Shown: positions 28,480 through 38,820 of the stretch, piece by piece | Layout of the letters: each line of letters begins with the position of its first letter | How positions within the stretch are numbered: position 1 is the stretch's first letter | Assembly (NCBI GenBank): GCA_964633785.1 | Contig: CAZWHG010000005.1 | Coordinates: forward strand, 4,440-68,439 | Direction of reading: 5' to 3' | From: an uncultured Methanotrichaceae archaeon | Lineage (GTDB): Archaea; Halobacteriota; Methanosarcinia; Methanotrichales; Methanotrichaceae | Length of the DNA stretch: 64,000 nt | The notes under the pieces: generated by a model | The model's input: only the letters and a program-made list of their open reading frames with translations | Told to the model about the DNA's origin: nothing | Databases searched by the model: none | Position numbers and translations under genes: made by a program

Positions 28480-29361
28480 ATGGCGAGCATACTGATTTTG
28501 GGCGGCACGGGCGAAACCGGTACCTGGTTTGCCCGCTACTTTAAGGGGAAAGGCTTTGATGTAGCGGTCTGGGGGCCGAGCGGCAAGGTGGAGGTGGCCG
28601 AGCGACTGGGGGTGCGCTTTGCTTTGGACATGATAGCAGAAGTGGAAAGGAGCGACATCGTTCTGATCAGCGTAACAATCGAGAAGACCGTGGAAATAAT
28701 CCGTCAGGTTACGCCCCACATGCATCCCGGCAGCCTGATCATGGATGTCACCTCCATCAAGTCCGGGCCGGTAAAGGCTATGAAGACCTATGCGCCCAAA
28801 GGCGTTGAGGTTTTGGGCACACATCCCATGTTTGGGCCCACCATGACAAATCTGCGCGGCCAGACCATTATCTTCACGCCCGTGGAAGGCAAGACGGGAA
28901 AGTGGCTTTCCATTATGAAGTCGCTCTTCCAGTCGGACGGAGCGCGCGTCGAGATTTTGGATGCAGAAGAGCACGACGAGATCATGGCCGTGGTGCAGGC
29001 GCTCACTCACTTCGCCTACATCGGCATAGGAGCGGCGCTTCGTACCCTGGACTTTGATGTGCAAAGGTCGAGGAAGTTCATGTCCCCGGTCTATGAGATC
29101 ATGATCGACTTCGTGGGGCGAATTTTGGACCAGAAGCCTGAACTCTACGCATCCATCCAGAAGAACCCCAAGGCAGCGGCAGTCCGCCAGACTTTTGTGG
29201 CGGAATGCATGCGGCTTTGTGAAAAAGTAGACGCGGGAGATCTGGAGGGCTTCAAGCAGATCATGGAGGAGGCAGCCGAGCACTATGGTGGAACGCACGC
29301 TGCGTTGGAGAGGTCGGACCGGGTGATCAATGCACGAATCCGGGAGAGGGAAGAAAGCTAA
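28480..29361 (+). CDS. tyrA: Prephenate dehydrogenase
   Basis: The Rossmann motif is 'ILILGGTGETG' and 'GTHPMFGP' is characteristic of TyrA. Confidence 0.9.
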   Translation: MASILILGGTGETGTWFARYFKGKGFDVAVWGPSGKVEVAERLGVRFALDMIAEVERSDIVLISVTIEKTVEIIRQVTPHMHPGSLIMDVTSIKSGPVKAMKTYAPKGVEVLGTHPMFGPTMTNLRGQTIIFTPVEGKTGKWLSIMKSLFQSDGARVEILDAEEHDEIMAVVQALTHFAYIGIGAALRTLDFDVQRSRKFMSPVYEIMIDFVGRILDQKPELYASIQKNPKAAAVRQTFVAECMRLCEKVDAGDLEGFKQIMEEAAEHYGGTHAALERSDRVINARIREREES

Positions 29362-29366
29362 TCGCT

Positions 29367-30935
29367 TTATTTCTTCCAGAACTCCGGCACCAACAAGACA
29401 AGTGCCGTCACAACCTCCAGCCGACCGATCCACATGCAAAAAAAGAGTAGCATCTTTCCCGCCGGATGGACCTGTGCAAAACTGAATGCCGGCCCTACCA
29501 TGCCGAAGCCCGGGCCCACATTTCCCAACGTGGTGGCAACCGCTGAGAGGATGGTCTCGATGGTCATCCGCGGATCGTCATAAGAGATGATGGCCAAAAG
29601 CAGCGATGCCATGGCAAATATCATGACATAAGTGGCCACAAATATGTTGCTAGGCCGGAGAATCTCATCCCTTACCGGGACACCGCCCAATTTTAGAGGA
29701 ATGACTGCTTTGGGGTGAAGGACATGGAGCAGCTCCCGATATCCGCTCTTTAATACTAATAATATTCTTACAACCTTTATAGCTCCCCCGGTAGATCCGG
29801 CACAGGCACCGATGATCATTAGCAAGAGGAGCGTGTATTTGGCCGCGGGAGTCCACAGATCGAAATTGTCTGTGGCAAAACCGGTGGTGGTCATGATAGT
29901 GACCACCTGAAAACCTGCCAACTGGATCGTTCTAAAGATATCTCCCTGCAATCCACCCCAGAGGACGATGATTGTCGTCGTCGCCAGCACGATCAAGGTA
30001 TAGAATCTGAACTCGGCATCCTTGAAGAGGGCCTTTCGATCGGAGTTGAGCACTTTATAGTGCAGGGCGAAGTTGGCCCCGGCTAAGAAACAGAAAAGAG
30101 TGATGATGGCATCGATGATCCAGCTCTTGTAGGCCATTATGCTTAATGACTGAGGTGAGAAGCCGCCCGTGGCCATGGAGGCAAATGTATTGCAGAAAGA
30201 GTCGAAGAGGGGCATTTTTGCCAGGTAGAGAAGCACGATCTCAGCTACGGTCATAAGGATGTAGACCACCCAGAGCACCCGCGCGGTCTGCTTAATGCGT
30301 GGCGTCAGGGCATCCTTATCGGGACCGGGCACTTCTGCCCGGTAGAGCTGTCGTCCCGCCACACCCAGGCGCGGCAGTATGGCCACGAATAATAGTATTA
30401 TCCCCATTCCGCCCAGCCACTGGGCAAAAGACCTCCAGAAGAGCAGTCCCATATAGGTCTCGTCCGGGCTGCTGCTGATCTGCAGCCGTGTGCTGTTGGC
30501 CGTCAGGCTCCTTACGCCAAGCTCCAGTTGATGGGCCAGGCTGCTGTTGGCCAGAGTTCTGTTGATGATCCAGTAGCCTTGGGCGTTCGATTCTGTGAGT
30601 ATGGAGGAGCCGGTAGTAGTAAAGGCCGACATGGATTCGAATAGACCGTCGATGAGGCCGGTGCCGAGGAAGACATAAGGCAGAGCCCCGAAAAAGGCCG
30701 CTCCTAGCCAGCCCAAAGAGACAAGGGCAAAGCCCTCTTTGAGGCCCGGCTCCTCGCTCGAAGAGAGCCGTCCCAGGGCAATTCCAGAGGCCAGGGTGAG
30801 AAGAGATGTTATGGCGAAGGCGATCACGCCCCCCGTTTCTCCATAATAGGCGGCAACAGCCCCCGGTATCAGCAGCAAGACCGCTAAAATCTTAAGAAGC
30901 GAAGCAAATAGCCGAAGAAATACCCTGATCCTCAT
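29367..30935 (-). CDS. trkH: Trk/Ktr-type K+ transporter membrane subunit TrkH
   Basis: It is polytopic with repeated pore-loop-like 'TTTG/ATGG(F)S' segments: 'AFTTTGSSI', 'SMATGGFS', 'TTTGFAT' and 'GNVGPGFG'. Confidence 0.9.
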   Translation of the reverse strand: MRIRVFLRLFASLLKILAVLLLIPGAVAAYYGETGGVIAFAITSLLTLASGIALGRLSSSEEPGLKEGFALVSLGWLGAAFFGALPYVFLGTGLIDGLFESMSAFTTTGSSILTESNAQGYWIINRTLANSSLAHQLELGVRSLTANSTRLQISSSPDETYMGLLFWRSFAQWLGGMGIILLFVAILPRLGVAGRQLYRAEVPGPDKDALTPRIKQTARVLWVVYILMTVAEIVLLYLAKMPLFDSFCNTFASMATGGFSPQSLSIMAYKSWIIDAIITLFCFLAGANFALHYKVLNSDRKALFKDAEFRFYTLIVLATTTIIVLWGGLQGDIFRTIQLAGFQVVTIMTTTGFATDNFDLWTPAAKYTLLLLMIIGACAGSTGGAIKVVRILLVLKSGYRELLHVLHPKAVIPLKLGGVPVRDEILRPSNIFVATYVMIFAMASLLLAIISYDDPRMTIETILSAVATTLGNVGPGFGMVGPAFSFAQVHPAGKMLLFFCMWIGRLEVVTALVLLVPEFWKK

Positions 30936-31029
30936 CGAATAATATCACCCTTTGGGGGCCGGGGTGCATCCTCCTTTTTTCGGCAACTTCCGTTCTCCCT
31001 GCTATAAAAATTTATGTGCTTGGATTGGA

Positions 31030-32349
31030 TCAGGATATGAAGAGCTTCTTTACCTTGGAGACTACTTCCGGCATGGACATCACAAAGACGCGGTCTCCTT
31101 CTTTAACCCTGAAGCCGTCATCGGGCATCATCGGTCTTCCATCTCTCAAGATCATGCCCACCATGGAGTCCTTGGGCAGCTCTTTGGAGACGCTCTTTCC
31201 TATGATCTTGGCTCCCGCCTTGGCTATGAAATCCACCAGCTCCATTCTCTCGTCGCTCAGGGTTATCACCTCTTCTCCTCCGCTCACCCTCTGCAGCACG
31301 GCATCCGCAGTTACCTGCCCCGGGCTGACTGCTCTATCCACTCCCACCAGCTCGAAGAGCTTTATATAATCATACCTGTTTACCCGGGAAAGGATTTTTT
31401 TTGCACCCAGTTGCTTGGCAAGCAGTGAGCAGAGCAGGTTCTTTTCATCCAGGCCGGTGACAGCGAAGATCACATCCATGAATTCAGTACCCTCTTCCCT
31501 CAAGAGCGAAATATCGGTTCCGTCTCCATTGAGGATCATTGTACCAGAGAGTTTGTCTGCGATCTCCATGCACCGCTGCGTATTCACTTCTATCAATTTC
31601 ACGTCCAGTCCCATCTTCTCCAGCCGGGTCGCCAGATAGAATCCAACCATTCCACCTCCGACGATCAGTGCCTTATGGGGCAAGGTATCTTCGTGCAACA
31701 TTCTTCTCAGTTCGGGAAGCGATTTGGGGTCGCAAAGGAGGAAGAGGTGATCATTGGACATGATCAGATCTTCCTTCAAAGGTATGCTGATATCTCCTTT
31801 TCTGTTTATGGCCATGATTTTGCAGCCGTCCGGAAGGTTGACTTTAACTTCTCCTACCGGCCCTTGCAAAGGCATTTCTTCTGTGACCTTGAACTCGATC
31901 AGCTCGACCTTGCCCCCTGCCAGCTCCCTATCAAGGAGCATGGACGGAAAATACAGAGATCTGGCCATATCCTCGGCCATGGCCAGCTCCGGACAGATCA
32001 TGAAGCTTATGCCGATCTCTTTTCGGTCCTGGACCGGCTGATCAATATACTCCGGATTGCTGACCCTGGCAATGGTCTGGCGCACGCCGAGGTGGCTGGC
32101 AATGATGCAGGTGATCACATTCACCTCATCATTGCCAGTCACAGCCGCTACGATGTCCGCTTTATTGATCTCGGCTGCAATGAGCAGACGGGCATTGGCG
32201 GAATTGCCCTGCAAGACCTTCACATCCATGTCCTGCAGTCTGGCACAGGCAGCCGGGTCCTTGTCTATGACGGTTACATCATGATCCGCGTAAAGCTCGC
32301 TGGCTATGAGAAAACCTACCTCGCCAGCTCCGGTAATCAAGATACGCAT
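31030..32349 (-). CDS. trkA: Trk system NAD-binding subunit TrkA with two RCK modules
   Basis: The two Rossmann motifs are 'MRILITGAGEVGFLIA' and 'ALIVGGGMVGFYLA'. Confidence 0.92.
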   Translation of the reverse strand: MRILITGAGEVGFLIASELYADHDVTVIDKDPAACARLQDMDVKVLQGNSANARLLIAAEINKADIVAAVTGNDEVNVITCIIASHLGVRQTIARVSNPEYIDQPVQDRKEIGISFMICPELAMAEDMARSLYFPSMLLDRELAGGKVELIEFKVTEEMPLQGPVGEVKVNLPDGCKIMAINRKGDISIPLKEDLIMSNDHLFLLCDPKSLPELRRMLHEDTLPHKALIVGGGMVGFYLATRLEKMGLDVKLIEVNTQRCMEIADKLSGTMILNGDGTDISLLREEGTEFMDVIFAVTGLDEKNLLCSLLAKQLGAKKILSRVNRYDYIKLFELVGVDRAVSPGQVTADAVLQRVSGGEEVITLSDERMELVDFIAKAGAKIIGKSVSKELPKDSMVGMILRDGRPMMPDDGFRVKEGDRVFVMSMPEVVSKVKKLFIS

Positions 32350-32350
32350 G

Positions 32351-33934
32351 TTATTTCCTCCACAGTTCCGGAATAAATAATAAGAATATGGGCATCAGCT
32401 CCAGTCGTCCGATGTACATGGCAAAAAAGCCGATCATCTTGCCGGCAGCGCTCATTTGCGACCAATCAAAAGTGATAATGCCAAAGCCCGGACCCACGCC
32501 GCCCATGCAGGAAGCTATGCCTGCGGCCACGACTTGCAGATCTACCCGTGGGTCGCCGGACGAGACCATGGCCAGCATCAGAGATAAAGCCAGCCAGATT
32601 GCGAGATAGAAAAAGGAGTAGAAGAGCATGGGGCGGAGAACCTCTTCCTGAACTCGAGCCTCTCCCAGGCGCACTGACATCACTGCATGGGGATGAATCA
32701 TATGGCGAAGTTCGTTGTAAGCATACTTGCAGCCCACCAGAAGCCGTCCCACCTTTACGCCTCCGGCAGTCGAGCCGATGCAGCCTCCGATGAGCATGAC
32801 CATGATCAAAGCCAGCTTTGCCGCTGTGGACCACTTATCGTAATCCAGCGAATTGACAAAGCCGCACGTTCCCATGAAAGAAATTACCTGGAAGGATGCA
32901 AACCTAAAGCGCTCCGTCAGCCCTCCATCTATCCCGCCAAAGAAGAGCAGGATTGCGGTGGCGATGGACAGGATAATGATCATGAACCTGAATTCCTCAT
33001 CTTTGAACCAGGCCAGCCGATCCGAGGTTAGGGCTTTGTAGTGCAGCGTGAAGCTGGACATGCCAAGGACGATAAAGACTGCAACAATTGCTTCGATGAT
33101 AGGGCTGTTGTAGGCTACGAGGCTGGATGCCTGTGGAGAGAAGCCTCCTGTAGCCAGCGTCGAAAAAGCTGTGCATACGGCATCGTAAAAAGGCATACCG
33201 GCTGCGTAAAGTAGTATTATCTGCAATCCGTTGAAGAGCAGATACACCTTCCAAAGAATTCTGGCCGTGGCCGTAGCACGCGGCGTAATGGTATCCTTAC
33301 TGGGCCCCACAGTTTCCGCCCGGTAGAGCTGGCGCCCGGCGACGCGAAGCTGGGGAAAGATGGCTACCACCATCAAGATTATGCCCAGACCTCCGATGAG
33401 CTGCTGGAAGGAGCGCCAGAAGAGCAGGCCGTAAAATGTCTGGCTATTTATTGCCTGGAAGGCGATATTGATGCCCGCCATGTCGCCCGTCATCCCGTTA
33501 ATAAGCGCGGTGCAGATACTATTATTGACCAGAGTGGAATTGACAATGTAGTACCCCTGGGAGTTTGACTCTACAAGAATCGTAGCTCCGGTTGCCGAGA
33601 AGCCTGATACTGATTCAAAGAGGGCATCGACTGGCCCCAGGCCAAGAAATGCAAAGGGCAAGGCCCCGAAGAACGTGGCAACAAGCCATCCCAGGGAGAC
33701 GGCGGCGAAGGCTTCTTTGTTGCCTATATCTCCTTTTGTCCCCAGCCGACTGAGGATTATGCCCGTACCTATGGATAGCAGCGAGGTCAAGGCAAAGGCG
33801 GCAATCCCACTGGTTTCATGGTAATAAGCCGAGACTAATCCCGGCACCAAGAGCAACAACCCCATGATCTTCAGTACGGTGCCGATAACATCAAAGACAA
33901 TTGCGAGCTTCATGTCTCCCATCCCCCAATTCAA
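32351..33934 (-). CDS. trkH: Second TrkH paralog
   Basis: It shares the architecture of 29367..30935, with 'GFSATGATI', 'TLATGGFS' and 'GGVGPGFG'. The start may be the internal ATG at 33913 ('MKLAIVF'). Confidence 0.9.
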   Translation of the reverse strand: MNWGMGDMKLAIVFDVIGTVLKIMGLLLLVPGLVSAYYHETSGIAAFALTSLLSIGTGIILSRLGTKGDIGNKEAFAAVSLGWLVATFFGALPFAFLGLGPVDALFESVSGFSATGATILVESNSQGYYIVNSTLVNNSICTALINGMTGDMAGINIAFQAINSQTFYGLLFWRSFQQLIGGLGIILMVVAIFPQLRVAGRQLYRAETVGPSKDTITPRATATARILWKVYLLFNGLQIILLYAAGMPFYDAVCTAFSTLATGGFSPQASSLVAYNSPIIEAIVAVFIVLGMSSFTLHYKALTSDRLAWFKDEEFRFMIIILSIATAILLFFGGIDGGLTERFRFASFQVISFMGTCGFVNSLDYDKWSTAAKLALIMVMLIGGCIGSTAGGVKVGRLLVGCKYAYNELRHMIHPHAVMSVRLGEARVQEEVLRPMLFYSFFYLAIWLALSLMLAMVSSGDPRVDLQVVAAGIASCMGGVGPGFGIITFDWSQMSAAGKMIGFFAMYIGRLELMPIFLLFIPELWRK

Positions 33935-34155
33935 GCCCAGAGTTCAGGCTTCAGGAGCGGAGAACTAAGTCCGAGCATCTCGGATTTGATTCGAAAAGGT
34001 CCCTCTTCTGCCAAGCTAAAATGGTCGCTATTTTTTTTCAAGGTTTCAAACCTCTGTCAACTGGCCTACTTCATTGGAGACGTGCCTTGCTGGATAGATT
34101 GGCATGCAGCGTTAGCTGAAATAGACATCCCTCCAAAGTGCCGTTGATTCTATCT

Positions 34156-34180
34156 GAAGCTCGCCGTAGTGGCGAGCTTC
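34156..34180 (-). terminator. Perfect 10-bp hairpin just downstream of kdpD
   Basis: gaagctcgcc-gtagt-ggcgagcttc lies 19 nt after the kdpD stop. No oligo-T tail follows, so a terminator role is uncertain. Confidence 0.35.
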
Positions 34181-34198
34181 GCATATAAAAGTTTCCGT

Positions 34199-36175
34199 TT
34201 AATTTGATATTTTATCCCTGTGACTCACGAATTCATGGCTCCGATCTAAAGCCAGGGCCAGGATGTTCGTGAATGCTTCCAGTAACCTCTTCTGCTCAGG
34301 GAGCAAGAGCTGTTCCGCCTTGCCCAGTCCTACACCCAGCACTCCAATAGTGACCTCTTTGGTCTTGAGTGGGAGGTAAAAGAGCGTCGCTGAGGAAAGA
34401 GTCTCCGTGCCATGTCCTGCTTCCTGGCCGTGTCTGAGGACCCAGGTGGCCACGCCCAGCTTGCGCTCATCAAATATCAGGTGTTCTCCCATCTTGGCCC
34501 GTTCCTTGAGCCGTCCGGTTTCATCGGGCAGAAGGATCATCACTTCACATTCGAAGGCCTGTGCAATCTCTCGAGCGGCGCAGCTTAAAAGCTCCTCCCC
34601 GTTTCCGGCAGCCATGAGGTTGCGACTAAAAGAATAGAGGGCGGAGACAAAACGCTCCCTTTGCCGGGCGCTCTCGCCCTGCCATCTCACCAAATCTGCC
34701 AGAAAGCTGGTTATTATTCCTACTATTATGAAAACTATGAACACGGGCAGATAGCGCAGGTCTTCCACTGCCAGTGTCATACTGGGAGGCACGAAGAAGA
34801 AATCTAGGGAGGCTACGGCAAGGAGCGACGTGATCAGACCGGAGCGCTTGCCCCAGGTCATGCCGCTGTAGATCACAGGCAAAAGCAGGATCATGGCGAT
34901 GTTAATGAGGCCCAGCTGGCTTTGCAGCGGCCAGCAAAAAGCAACCGTTGCCGCTACGATTAAGAGACTGCCGGAGAGCTGCCGCCAGTTCATGTCGCCT
35001 GCAAGCGACGCTGCCTCATGTTTAGCCGGATCGGCTTGTGCGCCGCCTATGACGAGCACATGGATCTGTCCGCTCCGTTTTATGATCTCGTTTACCACGG
35101 ATCCTCTCCACCATCGGTTCCACAAACGGCGACGAGGCAGTCCAACGACGATTACCGTAATATTACGCTCTCTGGAGAAGGCGATGACCTCCTCAGCAAT
35201 ATTCTGTGCGCTCAGAACCTGGACCTTTGCACCCAGCTCTCTTGCCAGCGTCAAGTTGCGCGCCAGTTGATCCCTGGAGGCGGGTGTCTCATCTGGAGAT
35301 TCTACATAAACCGCGAACCATTCGGCATCCTGGTCTGCAGCCATGCGCTGCCCTATGCGTATAAGGCGCTCGGAGAAGGTATTGGCATTTATGCAGACCA
35401 ACAATCTCGATCCGGCCGGCCAGGGGCCCAGAATGCCATGCCCCTCCATGTAGGTGCGCATGTCCTCATCTACCATGCGGGCTGCATATCTCAGAGCGAT
35501 CTCCCGCAGCCCCAGTAGGTTGCCTTTGCGGAAAAAGCGCTGCACAGCTTGCTCTGCCTGGGAGGGCACGTATACTTTGCCATCCTTAAACCGTTGCAGC
35601 AGATCCTCCGGAGTCAGATCTACAACCTCGATCTCATCTGCCAACTCTAATATCCTGTCCGGCAGTGTCTCTCGAACCCTCACGCCCGTAATCTGAAATA
35701 TGATATCGTTAAGGCTCTCAATGTGCTGGACGTTCAGGGTGGTGTAGACGCTGATGCCCGCATCCAGCAGCTCTTCTACATCCTGGTAGCGCTTGGCATG
35801 ACGAAGGTCCGGTGCGTTGGTATGAGCCAGTTCATCCACCAGGGCGATGGCCGGATGGCGTGCCAAGACACCGTCTAGATCCATCTCATCCATCTCCAGG
35901 CCGCCTCGATCGAGTCGGCTGCGAGCAGTGACCTCCAGTCCCTCCAGCAGGACTGCGGTCTCAGGCCGTCCATGTGTCTCCACCAGTGCGACCACGACAT
36001 CCACACAGCTCTTTTTTAGTTGCTGTGCCTCTTCCAGCATTTGATAGGTCTTGCCGACGCCTGCCGCCGCGCCAAGGATGATCTTGAGATGTCCACGGCT
36101 GCTGCTGGCCACGCGCTCGTCATCTGAAAGTCGCTGCAATAATTGATCCGGGTCCGGACGGCAATCCTTCTCCAT
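34199..36175 (-). CDS. kdpD: KdpD-type sensor (KdpD-N, USP, 4 TM, GAF-like) without a histidine-kinase catalytic core
   Basis: It has the Walker-A-like 'GAAAGVGKTYQML', a USP-like middle region and four TM segments. The ORF ends 'ALALDRSHEFVSHRDKISN*', at the point where an H-box would start. No N/G1/F/G2 boxes are present. Confidence 0.85.
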   Translation of the reverse strand: MEKDCRPDPDQLLQRLSDDERVASSSRGHLKIILGAAAGVGKTYQMLEEAQQLKKSCVDVVVALVETHGRPETAVLLEGLEVTARSRLDRGGLEMDEMDLDGVLARHPAIALVDELAHTNAPDLRHAKRYQDVEELLDAGISVYTTLNVQHIESLNDIIFQITGVRVRETLPDRILELADEIEVVDLTPEDLLQRFKDGKVYVPSQAEQAVQRFFRKGNLLGLREIALRYAARMVDEDMRTYMEGHGILGPWPAGSRLLVCINANTFSERLIRIGQRMAADQDAEWFAVYVESPDETPASRDQLARNLTLARELGAKVQVLSAQNIAEEVIAFSRERNITVIVVGLPRRRLWNRWWRGSVVNEIIKRSGQIHVLVIGGAQADPAKHEAASLAGDMNWRQLSGSLLIVAATVAFCWPLQSQLGLINIAMILLLPVIYSGMTWGKRSGLITSLLAVASLDFFFVPPSMTLAVEDLRYLPVFIVFIIVGIITSFLADLVRWQGESARQRERFVSALYSFSRNLMAAGNGEELLSCAAREIAQAFECEVMILLPDETGRLKERAKMGEHLIFDERKLGVATWVLRHGQEAGHGTETLSSATLFYLPLKTKEVTIGVLGVGLGKAEQLLLPEQKRLLEAFTNILALALDRSHEFVSHRDKISN

Positions 36176-36178
36176 TGT

Positions 36179-36772
36179 CTAATTCACCTTTTTAACGTCA
36201 TCCAGGGCCAGGTTAAGCCTGAGCACATTCACCCTATCCTGCCCCAGTATGCCAAACATGGCAGGCTCAACATTCTCATCGATCAGCGCCTGCACCACGG
36301 AATGCTCAAGGCCTCTCGCTCCGGCCACGCGCGCCACCTGTTCCCTGGCACCTTGCCGGCTTATGTGCGGGTCCAGGCCGCTGCCTGAGGCCAGGACCAG
36401 ATCAGCGGGTATGCTCTGATCAGTCGACAGGCTATTCTCGCGGCGGACTTGATCTATCCTTCGGCTCACCTCTTCCATGAGCCTGGCACTGGTTGGCCCG
36501 AGGTTGCCGGCACCTGAGCCGTTGGCGGCGTAGTTCACTGCCGAAGGCCGTCCATGGAAATATCCGGGGTTCTGAAAATATTGGCCGATGAGCTCTGAGC
36601 CCACGATTTTGCCGTCAACTACAATCAGGCTTCCCTCAGCTCTGGCAGGCAGGGCGGTCTGGACTATGCCTGTTATGAATAGAGGATAAGCAAGACCGGT
36701 GAGCAGAGTGAAGGCTATAAACAGAATCACTGCAGGCCTTATTTCTTTTGCAAATTCGAACATCTTCCTCAC
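36179..36772 (-). CDS. kdpC: K+-transporting ATPase subunit C
   Basis: It has an N-terminal TM and the KdpC motif '[11 protein letters not shown]'. Confidence 0.9.
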   Translation of the reverse strand: MRKMFEFAKEIRPAVILFIAFTLLTGLAYPLFITGIVQTALPARAEGSLIVVDGKIVGSELIGQYFQNPGYFHGRPSAVNYAANGSGAGNLGPTSARLMEEVSRRIDQVRRENSLSTDQSIPADLVLASGSGLDPHISRQGAREQVARVAGARGLEHSVVQALIDENVEPAMFGILGQDRVNVLRLNLALDDVKKVN

Positions 36773-38820
36773 TCCAAATGCAGGAAAATAACAAGCATGT
36801 CGATTAGCTTGATGCCGACGAAAGGCACTGCCAGTCCACCCAGGCCGTAGATCAGCAAATTGCGTCGCAAAAGCTCGGAGGCGGTCTTGGGCGTGTAGCG
36901 CACCCCCCGCAATGATAGCGGTATCAAGAGAGGTATGATAATGGCATTGAAGATAATCGCGGAAAGAACGGCGCTGCTAGGAGTTGCCAGCTGCATGACG
37001 TTGAGCACACTCAGCATGGGATACTCGGCTGCAAATACGGCGGGGATGATGGCAAAGTACTTGGAGACATCGTTAGCCACGCTAAACGTGGTCAGCGCCC
37101 CTCTGGTGATCAATATCTGTTTGCCTATCTCCACTATATCCAACAACTTGGCAGGATTGGAATCCAGGTCCACCATGTTGGCTGCCTCCCTGGCGGCCTG
37201 AGTTCCTGCATTCATAGCCACGGCCACATCGGCCTGGGCCAGAGCCGGGGCATCGTTGGTGCCGTCTCCAATCATCGCCACCAGATGCCCTTCCCTCTGA
37301 TATTTTCGGATGGCCTCCAGCTTGACCTCGGGACGGGCCTGACCGATGAAGTCGTCGATTCCAGCCTCTGCGGCGATGGCTGCTGCCGTTATGGGATTAT
37401 CTCCCGTGATCATGACGGAGCGAATGCCGACTTTTCGCAAATTTGACAATCGATCTTTGATACCGGTTTTCAGCACGTCCTTCAGCCGAATGGCCCCCAG
37501 AATCCTGGAGCCTTCTGCCACGACCAATGGAGTTCCGCCTTCCCGGGCGATGCTCTCCACCGCAGCTCTCATGCCTTCTGGCATACTGCCGCCCTGATGC
37601 TCTACATATTCCCCTATGGCATCATGTGCACCTTTTCTGATCTCCCGTTTGTCCCAGTCTATGCCGCTCATGCGGGTCTCGGCGCTGAAGGGGATGAATG
37701 AGGAGCCCTCCGGCGCCCGGATATCCCTGCCTCGAATGCCCAGAGTCTCCTTGCATAAATCCACTATGCTACGGCCTTCCGGCGTCACGTCCGCCAGCGA
37801 GGAGTACATGGCAGCCGTAGCCAGCTCCTCTTTCGTCACTCCAACTGCAGGCAGAAACTGTGTGGCCATCCGGTTTCCCAGGGTGATGGTGCCAGTCTTG
37901 TCCATGAGAACCACATCCACGTCGCCAGAGGCCTCCACTGCCCTGCCGCTCATGGCAATGACGTTATGAGAAAGCAGCCTGTCCATGCCGGCAATGCCGA
38001 TGGCGGGCAGCAGGCCGCCGATAGTGGTGGGCATCAGGCAAACCAACAGAGCCACCAGCACAGGTACGGGAACAACGATACCCATGTACCCGGCAAAGAC
38101 ATTCAAGGTGATTACCACCACCATGAACAGCCCGGTAAGACCTATGAGCAGTATCTCCAGGGCCTTCTCATTGGGAGTCTTCTGGCGCTTGGCGCTCTCC
38201 ACCATGCCGATCATCTGGTCCAGGAAGGTCTTGCCCGGCTGTGCAGTTATGAGGATCTTGATATTCCCGGAGAGGACTCTTGTGCCGCCCGTGACGCCAC
38301 ATAAGTCGCCTCCTGCCTCGCGAACTACAGGTGCCGATTCGCCTGTGATGGCTGATTCATCCACCAGTGCGACCCCCTCTACGATCTCGCCGTCGCTGGG
38401 GATGATCTCTGCATCCTTTGCCAGGACAAGATCGCCTTTGACAAGCAGCAGGGCCGCTACCTGCTCGATGCTGCCATTGGCCAACAATCTTCTGGCTATG
38501 GCCTCGCTCTTAGCCTGGCGAAGGGTCTCGGCCTGCGCCCGGCCCCGTCCTTCCGCCAGAGCCTCAGCAAAGTTGGCGAAGAGTATGGTAAACCACAGCC
38601 AGATGCTGATCTGGCCGTCAAATGCCACGTTTGCGCCCGTGATCAAATCACGCGCGGTAATCAGAGTGGTCAGGATGGCGCCAATCTCCACGGCGAGCAT
38701 TACCGGGCTATGCCAAAGGCGGCGCGGGTCCAACTTGGGGATGGAATCCAAAATGGCCTGTCTTATCTGGGAAGTCTGCCATAGATCGGACTTACTGATG
38801 TGCATATTATCCCTCCTCAA
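36769..38820 (-). CDS. kdpB: K+-transporting P-type ATPase subunit B
   Basis: The P-type motifs are 'DKTGTIT', 'MITGDN' and '[10 protein letters not shown]'. Confidence 0.95.
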   Translation of the reverse strand: MRRDNMHISKSDLWQTSQIRQAILDSIPKLDPRRLWHSPVMLAVEIGAILTTLITARDLITGANVAFDGQISIWLWFTILFANFAEALAEGRGRAQAETLRQAKSEAIARRLLANGSIEQVAALLLVKGDLVLAKDAEIIPSDGEIVEGVALVDESAITGESAPVVREAGGDLCGVTGGTRVLSGNIKILITAQPGKTFLDQMIGMVESAKRQKTPNEKALEILLIGLTGLFMVVVITLNVFAGYMGIVVPVPVLVALLVCLMPTTIGGLLPAIGIAGMDRLLSHNVIAMSGRAVEASGDVDVVLMDKTGTITLGNRMATQFLPAVGVTKEELATAAMYSSLADVTPEGRSIVDLCKETLGIRGRDIRAPEGSSFIPFSAETRMSGIDWDKREIRKGAHDAIGEYVEHQGGSMPEGMRAAVESIAREGGTPLVVAEGSRILGAIRLKDVLKTGIKDRLSNLRKVGIRSVMITGDNPITAAAIAAEAGIDDFIGQARPEVKLEAIRKYQREGHLVAMIGDGTNDAPALAQADVAVAMNAGTQAAREAANMVDLDSNPAKLLDIVEIGKQILITRGALTTFSVANDVSKYFAIIPAVFAAEYPMLSVLNVMQLATPSSAVLSAIIFNAIIIPLLIPLSLRGVRYTPKTASELLRRNLLIYGLGGLAVPFVGIKLIDMLVIFLHLE

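Noticed and set aside
28453-29439. 328-aa minus-strand ORF covering the whole tyrA region
   Set aside because: It is antisense to a clearly motif-bearing prephenate dehydrogenase ('GTHPMFGP'). Its composition is His/Arg/Leu-rich with no recognisable motifs, which is typical of a shadow ORF.
31675-32376. 233-aa plus-strand ORF inside trkA
   Set aside because: It is antisense to trkA, which carries two clear Rossmann/RCK motifs. The ORF itself has no motifs.
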